Source of the DNA: Candidatus Peribacteria bacterium
Lineage (GTDB): Bacteria; Patescibacteriota; Gracilibacteria; UBA1369; UBA12463
Length of the DNA: 64,000 nt
Direction: 5' to 3'
NCBI GenBank assembly: GCA_943354965.1
Contig: CALRDN010000002.1
Coordinates: 38,029 to 102,028 of the forward strand
In this document: positions 25,736-35,052 of the stretch, one piece after another
Layout of the letters: each line of letters starts with the position of its first letter
How positions within the stretch are numbered: position 1 is the stretch's first letter
Notes under the pieces: generated by a model
What the model was told of the DNA's origin: nothing
Seen by the model: only the letters and a program-made list of their open reading frames with translations
The model's database searches: none
Made by a program: the position numbers and the translations under genes

Positions 25736-28651
25736 ATGGACCTACATAAAAAAATCCACGATCGATACGAAGCTGCGATAGAGAAGCGCGGAAGTGATGT
25801 GTATAAATCACACGCGACAGCTTGGCAGAGATCCAAGCAACCATGGAATGTGAAACGAGTCATAGCATGGTTTTTCACACTCATGGTCGCAGGAGGAGCG
25901 ACTGGCATTTTTCTGCTATTTGGAGCCATTGGTATTCTATCTATAGGACTTCCAACTGTTGATAATATCAGCTCTCAAGCCGCACGAGCGACGGAAATTT
26001 ACGATCGAAACGGAGAGCTTCTCTACACTATTTCCGGAGAAGAAAACAGGAAATATGTTCCCTATGATCAGATCTCGCCTAACCTCATCAATGCCACCAT
26101 CGCCGTAGAAGACGATCAGTTTTGGGAGCACAAAGGATTTGATATGACCGGTATAGCCGCAGCAGGACTCTATGAAGTCTTCGGCATAGGCAAGCAGCGC
26201 GGTGGATCCACTATCACGCAGCAGTATGTAAAAAACGCCTTCCTGACATCAGAGAGAAGTATAACGCGCAAACTGAAAGAGCTCATCATGTCTATTCGTC
26301 TCGAACAAAAATACGACAAGAAAAAGATTCTCGAACTTTATCTCAATCAAATTCCATATGGAAACAGCGCCTATGGAATTCAACGTGCCGCAGAAATATA
26401 TTTTGGTAAAAACGCCATCGATCTCACTCTGGCGGAAAGCGTCATTCTCGCAGGAATACCGCAAGCGCCAAGCTACTACAATCCGTACAGTACACATCGA
26501 GAAAGTATCATCACGAAAACATTTTCACCCGAAGAACTTGCCTCGAGGAAACTGGTATCCGCAGAAGATATCAACAAAAATGAATATGTATATGGATTAT
26601 TAGGAAAATTAAATACCATCGATGAGCAACACAAAATATACATGCCGGGACGTGCAGACGTGGTCATGAAGCGCATGCTAGAGCTTGGATATATCAAACA
26701 GCTGGAAAAAGAAGCCGCATGGCAGGGTACGCAAACCATCGCATTCCTTCCATTCAAATATTCCATCAAAGCGCCACACTTTGTCTTTTATGTGAAAGAC
26801 ATTCTCGAACAGAAATATGGCAAAGAAATTCTCGAACGTGGAGGCTTGAAAGTATATACAACTCTCGACTGGAAACTGCAGCAGGTAGCGGAAAACGCCA
26901 TATCGAGCCGCGCCGAGTCCAACGAAAAAAACTACAAAGCGACCAACGCAGCGGCTCTCTTCGCCGATCCCAAAACAGGACAAATCCTCACTATGGTAGG
27001 TTCACGCGACTACTTCAACAAAGACATCGATGGAAATGTAAACGTCACCACTCGTACGCGACAACCAGGATCAGCATTCAAACCATTTGTCTACGCGCAA
27101 GCCTTCCTACGCCGCTACACACCCGCAACCGTCCTCTACGACACTCCAACGAAACTTGGTCCTGATACACCACAAAATTATGACGGAACCTTCCAGGGAC
27201 CTATGTCGATGCGCCGAGCGCTTGGACAATCTCGAAACATCCCCGCCATCAAGGCCTACTATCTCGGAGGTGAGCAGGGTGCCATCATAGATCTTGCAGA
27301 AAAAATGGGTATCTCCACGCTCAACAGAGAACATGATTATGGGTATCCACTAGCCATCGGTGCAGCCGAGGTGAAGATGATCGATATGGTCACGGCTTTC
27401 GGAACATTCGCCAACATGGGTAAAAAACCGGAACTCACCCCTATTCTCAAAATCGAAGATCACTCCGGAAACATTATCGACGAGTGGAATCCGGACAGCG
27501 TAAAAGACTGGCAAGAAGCCCTAGATCCGGAAGTATCGTATTTAATCGATAGTATTCTTTCTGATAACTCCATTAAATTAAGTCAAAATCTTTCAATTCC
27601 GAATCAAACCATTGCTACCAAAACTGGAACGTCTACAAACAAGTCAAAATCCAAAGGAACGGCGTATCCAATGGACCTCTGGGTTATGGGCTACACGCCA
27701 AGCATTGTAGGATCGGTCTGGGTAGGAAATAACCGCGGAAATCCACTCGGAGCAAACGCCGATGGTTCCAACGTCTCTGCGCCAATATGGAAAGAAATCA
27801 TGGCAGCATTTTTGAAAGACAAACCCGATGAACCATTTCCACGTCCGGAAGGAATAAAAGAAGTGACGGTATCATCTGCAACAGGACTCCTTCCGAATGA
27901 AAACACACCAAAAGAAAATCTCCGCACGGAAGTATTCGCAAGTTTTGCCATACCTACCGAGATAGAAAGAGCCTTCTCCAAGGCAAAAGTAGACAAACGC
28001 AACGACCTGCTCGCTAACGATTTCTGTCCTCCGGAAATGGTCGAAGAACGCGTCTTCCAATCACACAGTGATCCAATAGACAAAAAAGAATGGCAAGACG
28101 GCGTAAATCAATACTACGGAAGCGTAAAGAAAAAAATATCAGAAACGCCTATAGATCCAAATAATCCAAATGCGCCAGTAGCAGAAAGTGTATCTCTTGG
28201 GGGCTCGGCCCCTACCGAGGCCTCGCCCCTCTGCACCCCCGAAGCCCAAACTCAAGCCCCAACCGTCGCCATCACCTCTCCTTCTACCTTCTCGACTATC
28301 GCAGGAGGTACAGTCGACGTAGCAATCACCTACTCTGCACCAGCCGGCATCCAAGATGTCACCTATATATTCGATAAACTCCCACGTGCCGTAAAAAGTT
28401 CCAAACCCTACGACACCGCCACGATCAAAATCCCTAAATTCGTAAAACCCGGATCCGTCTACGAGCTCAAAGTAAAAGTCACTGACAAGAATCAGTACAG
28501 CGGTTATGCCACCATCCAGGTAAAAATCGCCGACGCAAACAATCCAGCCGACAATACCCCTCAAGCTTCCACCTGGCCCATCGCTCCATTAGGTACACCC
28601 CTGATTCCATCCAGTCCCGCCGACCTCCCACTCCTCTTCCCGAAGCAGTAG
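25736..28651 (+). CDS. class A penicillin-binding protein (glycosyltransferase + transpeptidase) with a C-terminal Ig-like extension
   Basis: N-terminal TM segment. GT51 motifs ATIAVEDDQFWEHKGFD and RGGSTITQQ. Transpeptidase motifs SAFK, SRN and KTGT. Confidence 0.9.
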   Translation: MDLHKKIHDRYEAAIEKRGSDVYKSHATAWQRSKQPWNVKRVIAWFFTLMVAGGATGIFLLFGAIGILSIGLPTVDNISSQAARATEIYDRNGELLYTISGEENRKYVPYDQISPNLINATIAVEDDQFWEHKGFDMTGIAAAGLYEVFGIGKQRGGSTITQQYVKNAFLTSERSITRKLKELIMSIRLEQKYDKKKILELYLNQIPYGNSAYGIQRAAEIYFGKNAIDLTLAESVILAGIPQAPSYYNPYSTHRESIITKTFSPEELASRKLVSAEDINKNEYVYGLLGKLNTIDEQHKIYMPGRADVVMKRMLELGYIKQLEKEAAWQGTQTIAFLPFKYSIKAPHFVFYVKDILEQKYGKEILERGGLKVYTTLDWKLQQVAENAISSRAESNEKNYKATNAAALFADPKTGQILTMVGSRDYFNKDIDGNVNVTTRTRQPGSAFKPFVYAQAFLRRYTPATVLYDTPTKLGPDTPQNYDGTFQGPMSMRRALGQSRNIPAIKAYYLGGEQGAIIDLAEKMGISTLNREHDYGYPLAIGAAEVKMIDMVTAFGTFANMGKKPELTPILKIEDHSGNIIDEWNPDSVKDWQEALDPEVSYLIDSILSDNSIKLSQNLSIPNQTIATKTGTSTNKSKSKGTAYPMDLWVMGYTPSIVGSVWVGNNRGNPLGANADGSNVSAPIWKEIMAAFLKDKPDEPFPRPEGIKEVTVSSATGLLPNENTPKENLRTEVFASFAIPTEIERAFSKAKVDKRNDLLANDFCPPEMVEERVFQSHSDPIDKKEWQDGVNQYYGSVKKKISETPIDPNNPNAPVAESVSLGGSAPTEASPLCTPEAQTQAPTVAITSPSTFSTIAGGTVDVAITYSAPAGIQDVTYIFDKLPRAVKSSKPYDTATIKIPKFVKPGSVYELKVKVTDKNQYSGYATIQVKIADANNPADNTPQASTWPIAPLGTPLIPSSPADLPLLFPKQ

Positions 28652-28655
28652 ACCT

Positions 28656-29195
28656 CTACTTCTTCCCTAGAATCCTCTCCACCGCATCCAAAAAACTTTC
28701 AGCCTCATAAACATCTGGATCACCCTTCAGCTCTTCCGGCAGTTCAAACCGATCCGTTTTCAAAAAAATCGGCCTCACCTCTAAATTTTTTCCAAACTCG
28801 ATATCCGTTGAGCGATCTCCAATCATCCACGAACTCTCCGGCTCCATTTCACAATCCCAAATCAAATCTTTTACCAAACCAATCTCCGGCTTACGACACT
28901 CGCACGTATCTTCTGGCATGTGAGGACAAATACAAACATCAAAAAAGCGAATCCCCTGTTCATCCATTTTTTGCATAAAAGCATCCTGCACGCGATCAAA
29001 ATTTTCCCACGGAAATTCTTCACTTCCGATTCCATTTTGATTCGTAACGATCACTAATTCATATCCAGCCTCACGTAAGCTACGCAATCCCTCGAACACG
29101 CCGGGCTTGTAAGCTAACTTCGCCAACGTATCGATTTTTCCATCATCTACCTCCTCTATAAGGGTTCCATCCCGGTCTAAAAAGACTATTTTCAT
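28656..29195 (-). CDS. gmhB: HAD-IIIA phosphatase, D,D-heptose 1,7-bisphosphate phosphatase-like
   Basis: FLDRDGTLIEE, IVTNQNGIG, and the Zn-loop CICPHMPEDTCECRKPEIG. A TAGAAT box lies at 29202-29207, 6 nt upstream of the ATG. Confidence 0.7.
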   Translation of the reverse strand: MKIVFLDRDGTLIEEVDDGKIDTLAKLAYKPGVFEGLRSLREAGYELVIVTNQNGIGSEEFPWENFDRVQDAFMQKMDEQGIRFFDVCICPHMPEDTCECRKPEIGLVKDLIWDCEMEPESSWMIGDRSTDIEFGKNLEVRPIFLKTDRFELPEELKGDPDVYEAESFLDAVERILGKK

Positions 29196-29317
29196 AGCCT
29201 TATTCTAAGCTGAATTTGACAAAATAGGCAAACTTTTTACATCCAAAGCTAGACAAAGCTAAGCAAAAATGATATAATAGAACCAATCCTTAAAAAGTAT
29301 CTCTTAATTCTCCTCCT

Positions 29318-29497
29318 ATGATTGCTTTCTGTCCAAAATGCTGGAAGAACACACACGGTGCCGAGAGCATGCGTGAAATGAAGGATGTTCAGTTCGTTAC
29401 CATGAAAAATGGTCGACGAGCAGCAAAGGGTACTTGCTCAGTCTGCGGACGAGGCATGTACAAGATTGTAAAAACTTCTGAAGCTCCTGCTGCTTAA
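29318..29497 (+). CDS. 59-aa zinc-ribbon protein, DUF5679-like (below the ORF-track length cutoff)
   Basis: Own translation: MIAFCPKCWKNTHGAESMREMKDVQFVTMKNGRRAAKGTCSVCGRGMYKIVKTSEAPAA. It has a CPKC...CSVCG ribbon with a VTMKNGR core. An upstream TGaTATAAT lies at 29270-29278 and a terminator lies downstream. Confidence 0.6.
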   Translation: MIAFCPKCWKNTHGAESMREMKDVQFVTMKNGRRAAKGTCSVCGRGMYKIVKTSEAPAA

Positions 29498-29528
29498 GTT
29501 TGGAACATTCACAACCAGTATAAAAAAG

Positions 29529-29555
29529 CCTTCATCAAACCATGAGGGTTTTTTT
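29529..29555 (+). terminator. intrinsic terminator after the small zinc-ribbon gene
   Basis: Stem ccttcat (29529-29535) pairs with atgaggg (29542-29548), loop caaacc, and seven T at 29549-29555. Confidence 0.65.
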
Positions 29556-29576
29556 ATGTGTGTTATAATCACCCCG

Positions 29577-31424
29577 ATGAAAAAAATGAAAAAATTGATA
29601 CCAGCATTGCCAGCATTTCTCTTCTTGAGCTTTCTGATTGTCAGCCTGCTTCACCGAGGAGGTATCTCGTTTCAAACGCATATTTTGTGGATGATCATTC
29701 TGCTTCCAATAGCCTTGAGTGTTTTCATTATCAAAAGAAAAGACAACCAAGCCTCAAGCCGAACACCATCAATAGTGCTCAGCCTTATTCTGCTTCTCCT
29801 TCTCACCATAGCCGCAGGCTGGGCTTATTCACAAATGCGCGACTTCGGCCTCATATCAGTTACGACACTGCTCGGAGGGCTGACAACACTTCTGATCGTC
29901 ATAGAAATGGAGGTAACTGAATCGACCGTGGAAAGAATACTCAATATTCTCTGCGTCATCGCCTCCTTGCTTTGCATGTTCGGGCTCGGCCTCTACTTCT
30001 TCACAATCATCGACCGCCTCTCAGCGACCTTCGTCCACCTCCCCTATCTCACAACATCCTATCCAAACGCCTTCGCCCTTTTCCTGCTAAGCGTGATGCC
30101 GCATGCACTTCTCCAGCTCAACAAATTCCGCGATCGACCATGGCTCATTATCAATGGCCTCATTCTCTCATCACTCCTCCTCACCTTCTCCCGAGGATCG
30201 CTTATCGTAGGAGTTGGAATCATCGCCGCGCTCTTCCTCCTCAGAAAAATACGATTCGATAAACAAGCTGCCCTCGTACTGATAGGAGTTGTTGCCCTTA
30301 CAGCCACATTCCAAGTGATGAGACCGGATAGCCTGGGACAAAATTCTTTCGAAGATAAATACACACTGAGCTCAGAAGAAAAAACTTCATCCGTTTCCGA
30401 GCGAATGGACTTTTGGAAAGGTGCCATCGAAATTATCAAAACATATCCACTCTTTGGGGCAGGACCGGATACATTCGAATATATTTTCCCTCAATATCAA
30501 ACGAACCTCCTCGCTAACTCCGACCATCCCCATAATATGTTTCTCAAACAAGCGAGCGAGTTTGGCATTCCTTCAGCGTTTCTCCTCTTGGGATTACTGG
30601 TCTACGCACTCTATGGCCTTCGGAAAACATATCGTACAAACAATATTCATCTCGCCCTCGGATTAGCAGTGCTCGCGATGGTAGGTCACAATCTTCTCGA
30701 CTACAATTTAAATTTCACATCAAACGCGCTCGTCTTCTACGCCCTCCTAGGGCTGATCATTGGTCTCACTCGATTCAACACGTATCAAGTACCTAAACGT
30801 GCGCTATGGGTCATCCTCATCGTACTGACGAGCATACTATTTGTCGGTGGTGGGTACGAAGCATATCAACGCATGCTTATTACACAAGCAAGAGAAGTAA
30901 CAGCATCATCCGCCGAAACAATCTTTGAAAAAATTCATCCCATCTTTTACGAAGATGCTATCTTGCTGCGCGCGCAGAATGCTATCGAGATGAAAAATAC
31001 CAAGCTCGCAAAAGAACTTCTAAAAAATATCACTCTGCACAATCAGTATTATGCAGAAGCGCAAAACCTCCTCTCGGAAACTTATCTCGGGAATGCCTCA
31101 AAAGTGCTAGCAAAAGCCAATAACGCGAAGGCACTTGAACTCGACCCATGGAACAATTTACGATATTATTTCCAAAAAATAACATTGGAATTGCAGGAAG
31201 GAAAAATCATAAAAAAAGAACCATATCAAAAACTTCTCGAAAACTATCTACAACTTCTACAAAATAATGCACATGAAACCGTTCGTAGCGGCAATCCGCG
31301 TTATGCCATCAAAATCGCAGAAGCACTCGCACTGACCGATCTAAAAAATAAACTCACATCAACCGCCGAACTGGAAAGAAAAAAATTCACCGACCGATAC
31401 AATATCACTCTCTCACCTCTTTAA
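29577..31424 (+). CDS. O-antigen ligase (Wzy_C) family polytopic membrane protein with a C-terminal helical-repeat domain
   Basis: About 10 or more hydrophobic segments. Motifs seen: LLTFSRGSLIVG and HPHNMFLKQASEFGIP. The start was moved to ATG 29577 because 29556 overlaps the terminator. TGtTATAAT at 29561-29569 ends 7 nt upstream. Confidence 0.65.
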   Translation: MKKMKKLIPALPAFLFLSFLIVSLLHRGGISFQTHILWMIILLPIALSVFIIKRKDNQASSRTPSIVLSLILLLLLTIAAGWAYSQMRDFGLISVTTLLGGLTTLLIVIEMEVTESTVERILNILCVIASLLCMFGLGLYFFTIIDRLSATFVHLPYLTTSYPNAFALFLLSVMPHALLQLNKFRDRPWLIINGLILSSLLLTFSRGSLIVGVGIIAALFLLRKIRFDKQAALVLIGVVALTATFQVMRPDSLGQNSFEDKYTLSSEEKTSSVSERMDFWKGAIEIIKTYPLFGAGPDTFEYIFPQYQTNLLANSDHPHNMFLKQASEFGIPSAFLLLGLLVYALYGLRKTYRTNNIHLALGLAVLAMVGHNLLDYNLNFTSNALVFYALLGLIIGLTRFNTYQVPKRALWVILIVLTSILFVGGGYEAYQRMLITQAREVTASSAETIFEKIHPIFYEDAILLRAQNAIEMKNTKLAKELLKNITLHNQYYAEAQNLLSETYLGNASKVLAKANNAKALELDPWNNLRYYFQKITLELQEGKIIKKEPYQKLLENYLQLLQNNAHETVRSGNPRYAIKIAEALALTDLKNKLTSTAELERKKFTDRYNITLSPL

Positions 31425-31427
31425 AAC

Positions 31428-32039
31428 ATGATACATCAGCTATTAATCGGCACCACAAACAAAGGAAAATTCAAAGAAATTAGCGAAGTTCTCGATACGC
31501 TTCCCGTAGAACTTCTCACTCCTCAAGGACTAAAAATCATCGGACAACCGGAAGAAACCGGCGGAAATTACGAAGAAAACGCACGGATAAAGTGTCAATT
31601 TTATTATGATCAATCAGATCACATGCCCACACTAGCAGAAGACTCAGGCATAGAGATAGATGCATTCCCCGGAGAACTCGGTATGAAAACACGACGCTGG
31701 GGAGCCGGAGAAAACGCCACCGACGAAGAGTGGCTCACACACTTCCTGACAGAGCTCAAGAAAAAACCACCAGAGATGCGAACCGCACGATTCCACTGCA
31801 CCGCAGCCCTCATGCTCGACAACAAAATGCATGTATTCCATGGAATCTGCCCGGGAATCCTCCATACAGAACCGCAAACAGCCGTGCCCCATGGCATTCC
31901 CCTCTCATCATGCTTCCAGCCGGAAGGATTCGACAAAGTCTACAGCGCGCTCACGCCGGAAGAAAAAAATCAGATCAGCCACCGTGGCCGAGCGATGCAT
32001 CAGGTAAAGGATTATCTAAAATCAATAGGCTATCTGTAG
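31428..32039 (+). CDS. rdgB: non-canonical purine NTP pyrophosphatase (RdgB/HAM1 family)
   Basis: LIGTTNKGKFKEI, EDSGIEIDAFPGELG and ISHRGRA. Confidence 0.85.
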   Translation: MIHQLLIGTTNKGKFKEISEVLDTLPVELLTPQGLKIIGQPEETGGNYEENARIKCQFYYDQSDHMPTLAEDSGIEIDAFPGELGMKTRRWGAGENATDEEWLTHFLTELKKKPPEMRTARFHCTAALMLDNKMHVFHGICPGILHTEPQTAVPHGIPLSSCFQPEGFDKVYSALTPEEKNQISHRGRAMHQVKDYLKSIGYL

Positions 32040-33713
32040 ATAACACGCTACGCAATACACCATTTTCTCTGACTCCGGAGAATAGGTTGTTTGAATATCC
32101 TTATTACATTTACCACACTGTCTTTTCCAAAATGTTCGAGGATTGCGCTGATGGAAGCGATCCATATGGCGCTGATCAGGGGATCTGCGTGGAATAGGTA
32201 GCCGTTGTTGACGATAGAATTGCAACTCCTGCTTAATAATTTTAAATGGTCTGCCTGTCACTTCACAAACTACCGCCAAATTTAAAATGTCATCGGATAC
32301 GTTATCAATACCATCCGGCAATTGAGAACTTTCAATAATTTTTACGGCATTAGATGGTACACTTGGGGCATCATCCCATTTCCAACCCTTAGCCTCCACC
32401 CCCTCTTTATTGGACGGGTAATACATCTGGGCGGTTGTTTTATTGTAGCCAAATGGAGAAAAGGATACAGGGAAAAGTTCTCCCCATTCGCCCGTTGATC
32501 GCATATGCTCAATTATTTTTGGTACCAATACTTCATATTCAGCCTTCGTGTACTGTTTATTAAAAATACAATACTGCTTATTGTGCATATTAAAACATCC
32601 AAAGCAATCTTTACTGCTTTGCACATACCAGCAATACAACAAATCCGAAGAGTTAACGTGAATATTATGACTAAAAAGAATATGATAACAGCCATTACCG
32701 GCAATAGAACATTCATATGATTCAGAGAGGTTGAGTCCATATTGATAAATATCATATACATTTTTCGCACCAGTAACCACTTGGTACAGATATTTGCCAT
32801 GCTCCACATCTTCACAATCAAAACTCATGTGGGTATCTTTACAATTCTGCAAATAATCACCAGAACAATTTTCCAAATTCAGTCCATGAAATTCCTTATA
32901 TATATGCTTCTTTTCAAGTTCCTTTAACTGTGTTTTACACTGCTGATATTGAACATATGAACCTAAATCAATCTTCGACATCTGCTCTTCGTATTCCTTC
33001 TTCGTTAACTGCTTATTCATAAAACAGTACTCTTTATCACGCATACCTATACAAAGAAAACAGTTTTTACACCCTACGCAATCACGCAAAAAAGCTGATG
33101 AATTACAATTGAAGCAATCCTGCGAACCCCGTAGTCCATAGCATTTATGGACATCAACACAATCATAGCAAAGCTCACAGCTGAGATTATAAAAACCATC
33201 CACGCAAGAAGTGCTCCTTTTAATACCATATCCATAATAACAATCCTCGCAAAAATCAGCATGCATAATAAGATAGCAGTTTTTGGAAAACCCCGCGTAG
33301 TGAATATATTCAGAGTTTTCATTTGTTCCCTCGATGAGTAAATTCTGAGCGGGCACATCTTGCCATAGCTGTTTAAGCTGAGCGAAAACGGAACGGGAAA
33401 AATCAACATCACGACCATACGAACACGAATCCCACTGATCGCTATGCCAACACTCACGACAATACACTACTTTATTACTTTCGGGAGGATGCTCGGTCAA
33501 TACGCTTTTCCGACAAAGGCCGCAATGCGATGAATAAAAAAAACGTTCATTGGCAAGTGCTAGTCTCCTTTGTTGTCTGCAGTCTGGACAATGAGTTGGA
33601 GATGGAATGAGATGTTTTTCCCCATTAAATACAGGCGAAACACTCTCGTAAAAGTTCAAATCATCATCCGTAATATCAAAAACAAGATCGCAGCTTTGAC
33701 AAGATTTAGTCAT
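32022..33713 (-). CDS. cysteine-rich hypothetical protein with homologous N- and C-terminal double zinc-ribbon modules
   Basis: About 39 Cys in 563 aa by my count. The N-terminal module is CQSC..FYE..IPSPTHCPDCRQQRR..NER.FY..HCGLCRK...VVYCRECW. The C-terminal module is ..FYRQQRLPIPRRSPDQRH..RNPR.FW.RQCGKCNK...MVYCVACY. The central part is an internally duplicated C-x2-C ladder. Confidence 0.6.
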   Translation of the reverse strand: MTKSCQSCDLVFDITDDDLNFYESVSPVFNGEKHLIPSPTHCPDCRQQRRLALANERFFYSSHCGLCRKSVLTEHPPESNKVVYCRECWHSDQWDSCSYGRDVDFSRSVFAQLKQLWQDVPAQNLLIEGTNENSEYIHYAGFSKNCYLIMHADFCEDCYYGYGIKRSTSCVDGFYNLSCELCYDCVDVHKCYGLRGSQDCFNCNSSAFLRDCVGCKNCFLCIGMRDKEYCFMNKQLTKKEYEEQMSKIDLGSYVQYQQCKTQLKELEKKHIYKEFHGLNLENCSGDYLQNCKDTHMSFDCEDVEHGKYLYQVVTGAKNVYDIYQYGLNLSESYECSIAGNGCYHILFSHNIHVNSSDLLYCWYVQSSKDCFGCFNMHNKQYCIFNKQYTKAEYEVLVPKIIEHMRSTGEWGELFPVSFSPFGYNKTTAQMYYPSNKEGVEAKGWKWDDAPSVPSNAVKIIESSQLPDGIDNVSDDILNLAVVCEVTGRPFKIIKQELQFYRQQRLPIPRRSPDQRHMDRFHQRNPRTFWKRQCGKCNKDIQTTYSPESEKMVYCVACYLQIAY

Positions 33714-33766
33714 AACATGAGCTTAACGCAAAATAATATTCAGGGCAACTCTAACAAGAGGAATAA

Positions 33767-35038
33767 TCAAACAAGCGACACATGCGTGTATGCCTTTGGC
33801 TGCCAAAGATATTTATAATCAAATGGCTGCTCTTGGCGATAAATCGTGAAGGATTCCTTGCCATTTCCATCAATCTCAAAAGAAACTTGAACCGCCACCT
33901 TGTCTTTGCGCTGCACCTTCAAGGCTGCATAATCGCGGTCCTTAGCCAAATAAAGAAGTGCCTCTTTGGCAAAACTCTCTTTTTGCTCCTGGCTAAAATC
34001 AGCACTAAACTCTACGCGACTATCAGCGAGCAAACGATCCACTCTCGCATTCTCGCTAAAGAATTTGAAGTATCCTGTTAATCCCACAACGAGAATCAAA
34101 GCAACAACGGCGACACCCTGAAGCTTTCTCAAAAGAACTCGTCCGAACGATTCATCATCACTATAAAATTCGTCATCACTATCGTCAGTTACACTTGCCT
34201 GATCTTGAACAATCGTCCTGGCGCGAACCGGCTGTTCGTACATTGGCTGCGCACGAGGTGGCTGCTGTGGCTCTACGGGTAGGGTAAAATCGGGCTCCGG
34301 CTGAAGTGGCTGAGGGTGAGGAGCATCCTGATTTTGCTGTGGATCCTGAGGCTTATAAAAATTCTGTGCCGATGCTCGTGCGAATTGTTCCATAAAGAGT
34401 TCACGTAAAGAAGTAAGAATCTCCTGATCAACTGGGATATTTTCATGCTCGCGCGCTTTTTTCAAGAGAGAAGCGGCGCTCCCAAAATACGAAGTAATCT
34501 GTGATAACGAAAATCCTTTCTGATTTGCAGTTGCTGCACCAATCACATCTTTCGCCTTCTTCAAGGCATCATAATAAAGCTTCGTGCAATCCTCCTCCCT
34601 CATTCCCATGACAATGGCACGGTCTACCACACTCACCTCCTCAAAGAACGTAAGCCACAAAACCTCTCGCTCCTTGTACTCTAGCTGTGAATAGAAGTTC
34701 TGGAGGATCTCCTCTCTCCTGATAGAGCGACTACCCGAACTCGTCTTTATGTCATAGACATCATGCAAATCGCCGATTTTCTTCGACGCATCCCCTGCCT
34801 GGGCAGGCTGCGACTGTATCGAGAAAAACTCATACGCCCACTTGTACAAATCCAAAAGCGTAATAACCTCATCACGCTTCATCTCATCAAAAGCATTCTC
34901 ATACAGCGACTTCATGATGAACGCAATCACCGGTTTCGTCGTAGCTCTTCTCGCGCAATACAAATATAACTGATCAAAAGACTGCTTATACAGCTTCCAA
35001 AACTTCTCTACATACGGATTTTCGTTGAGGAATGTCAT
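33767..35038 (-). CDS. hypothetical membrane-anchored protein with an N-terminal sigma-70/ECF-like region, a Pro/Gln-rich linker, one TM helix and an extracytoplasmic domain
   Basis: Region-4-like EREVLWLTFFEEVSVVDRAIVMGMREEDCTKLYYDALKKAK. A region-2-like N-terminus. A PQ-rich stretch of ~50 aa. TM segment GVAVVALILVVGLTGYF. The sigma assignment is tentative. Confidence 0.4.
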   Translation of the reverse strand: MTFLNENPYVEKFWKLYKQSFDQLYLYCARRATTKPVIAFIMKSLYENAFDEMKRDEVITLLDLYKWAYEFFSIQSQPAQAGDASKKIGDLHDVYDIKTSSGSRSIRREEILQNFYSQLEYKEREVLWLTFFEEVSVVDRAIVMGMREEDCTKLYYDALKKAKDVIGAATANQKGFSLSQITSYFGSAASLLKKAREHENIPVDQEILTSLRELFMEQFARASAQNFYKPQDPQQNQDAPHPQPLQPEPDFTLPVEPQQPPRAQPMYEQPVRARTIVQDQASVTDDSDDEFYSDDESFGRVLLRKLQGVAVVALILVVGLTGYFKFFSENARVDRLLADSRVEFSADFSQEQKESFAKEALLYLAKDRDYAALKVQRKDKVAVQVSFEIDGNGKESFTIYRQEQPFDYKYLWQPKAYTHVSLV

Positions 35039-35052
35039 GGGAAATATCTATA

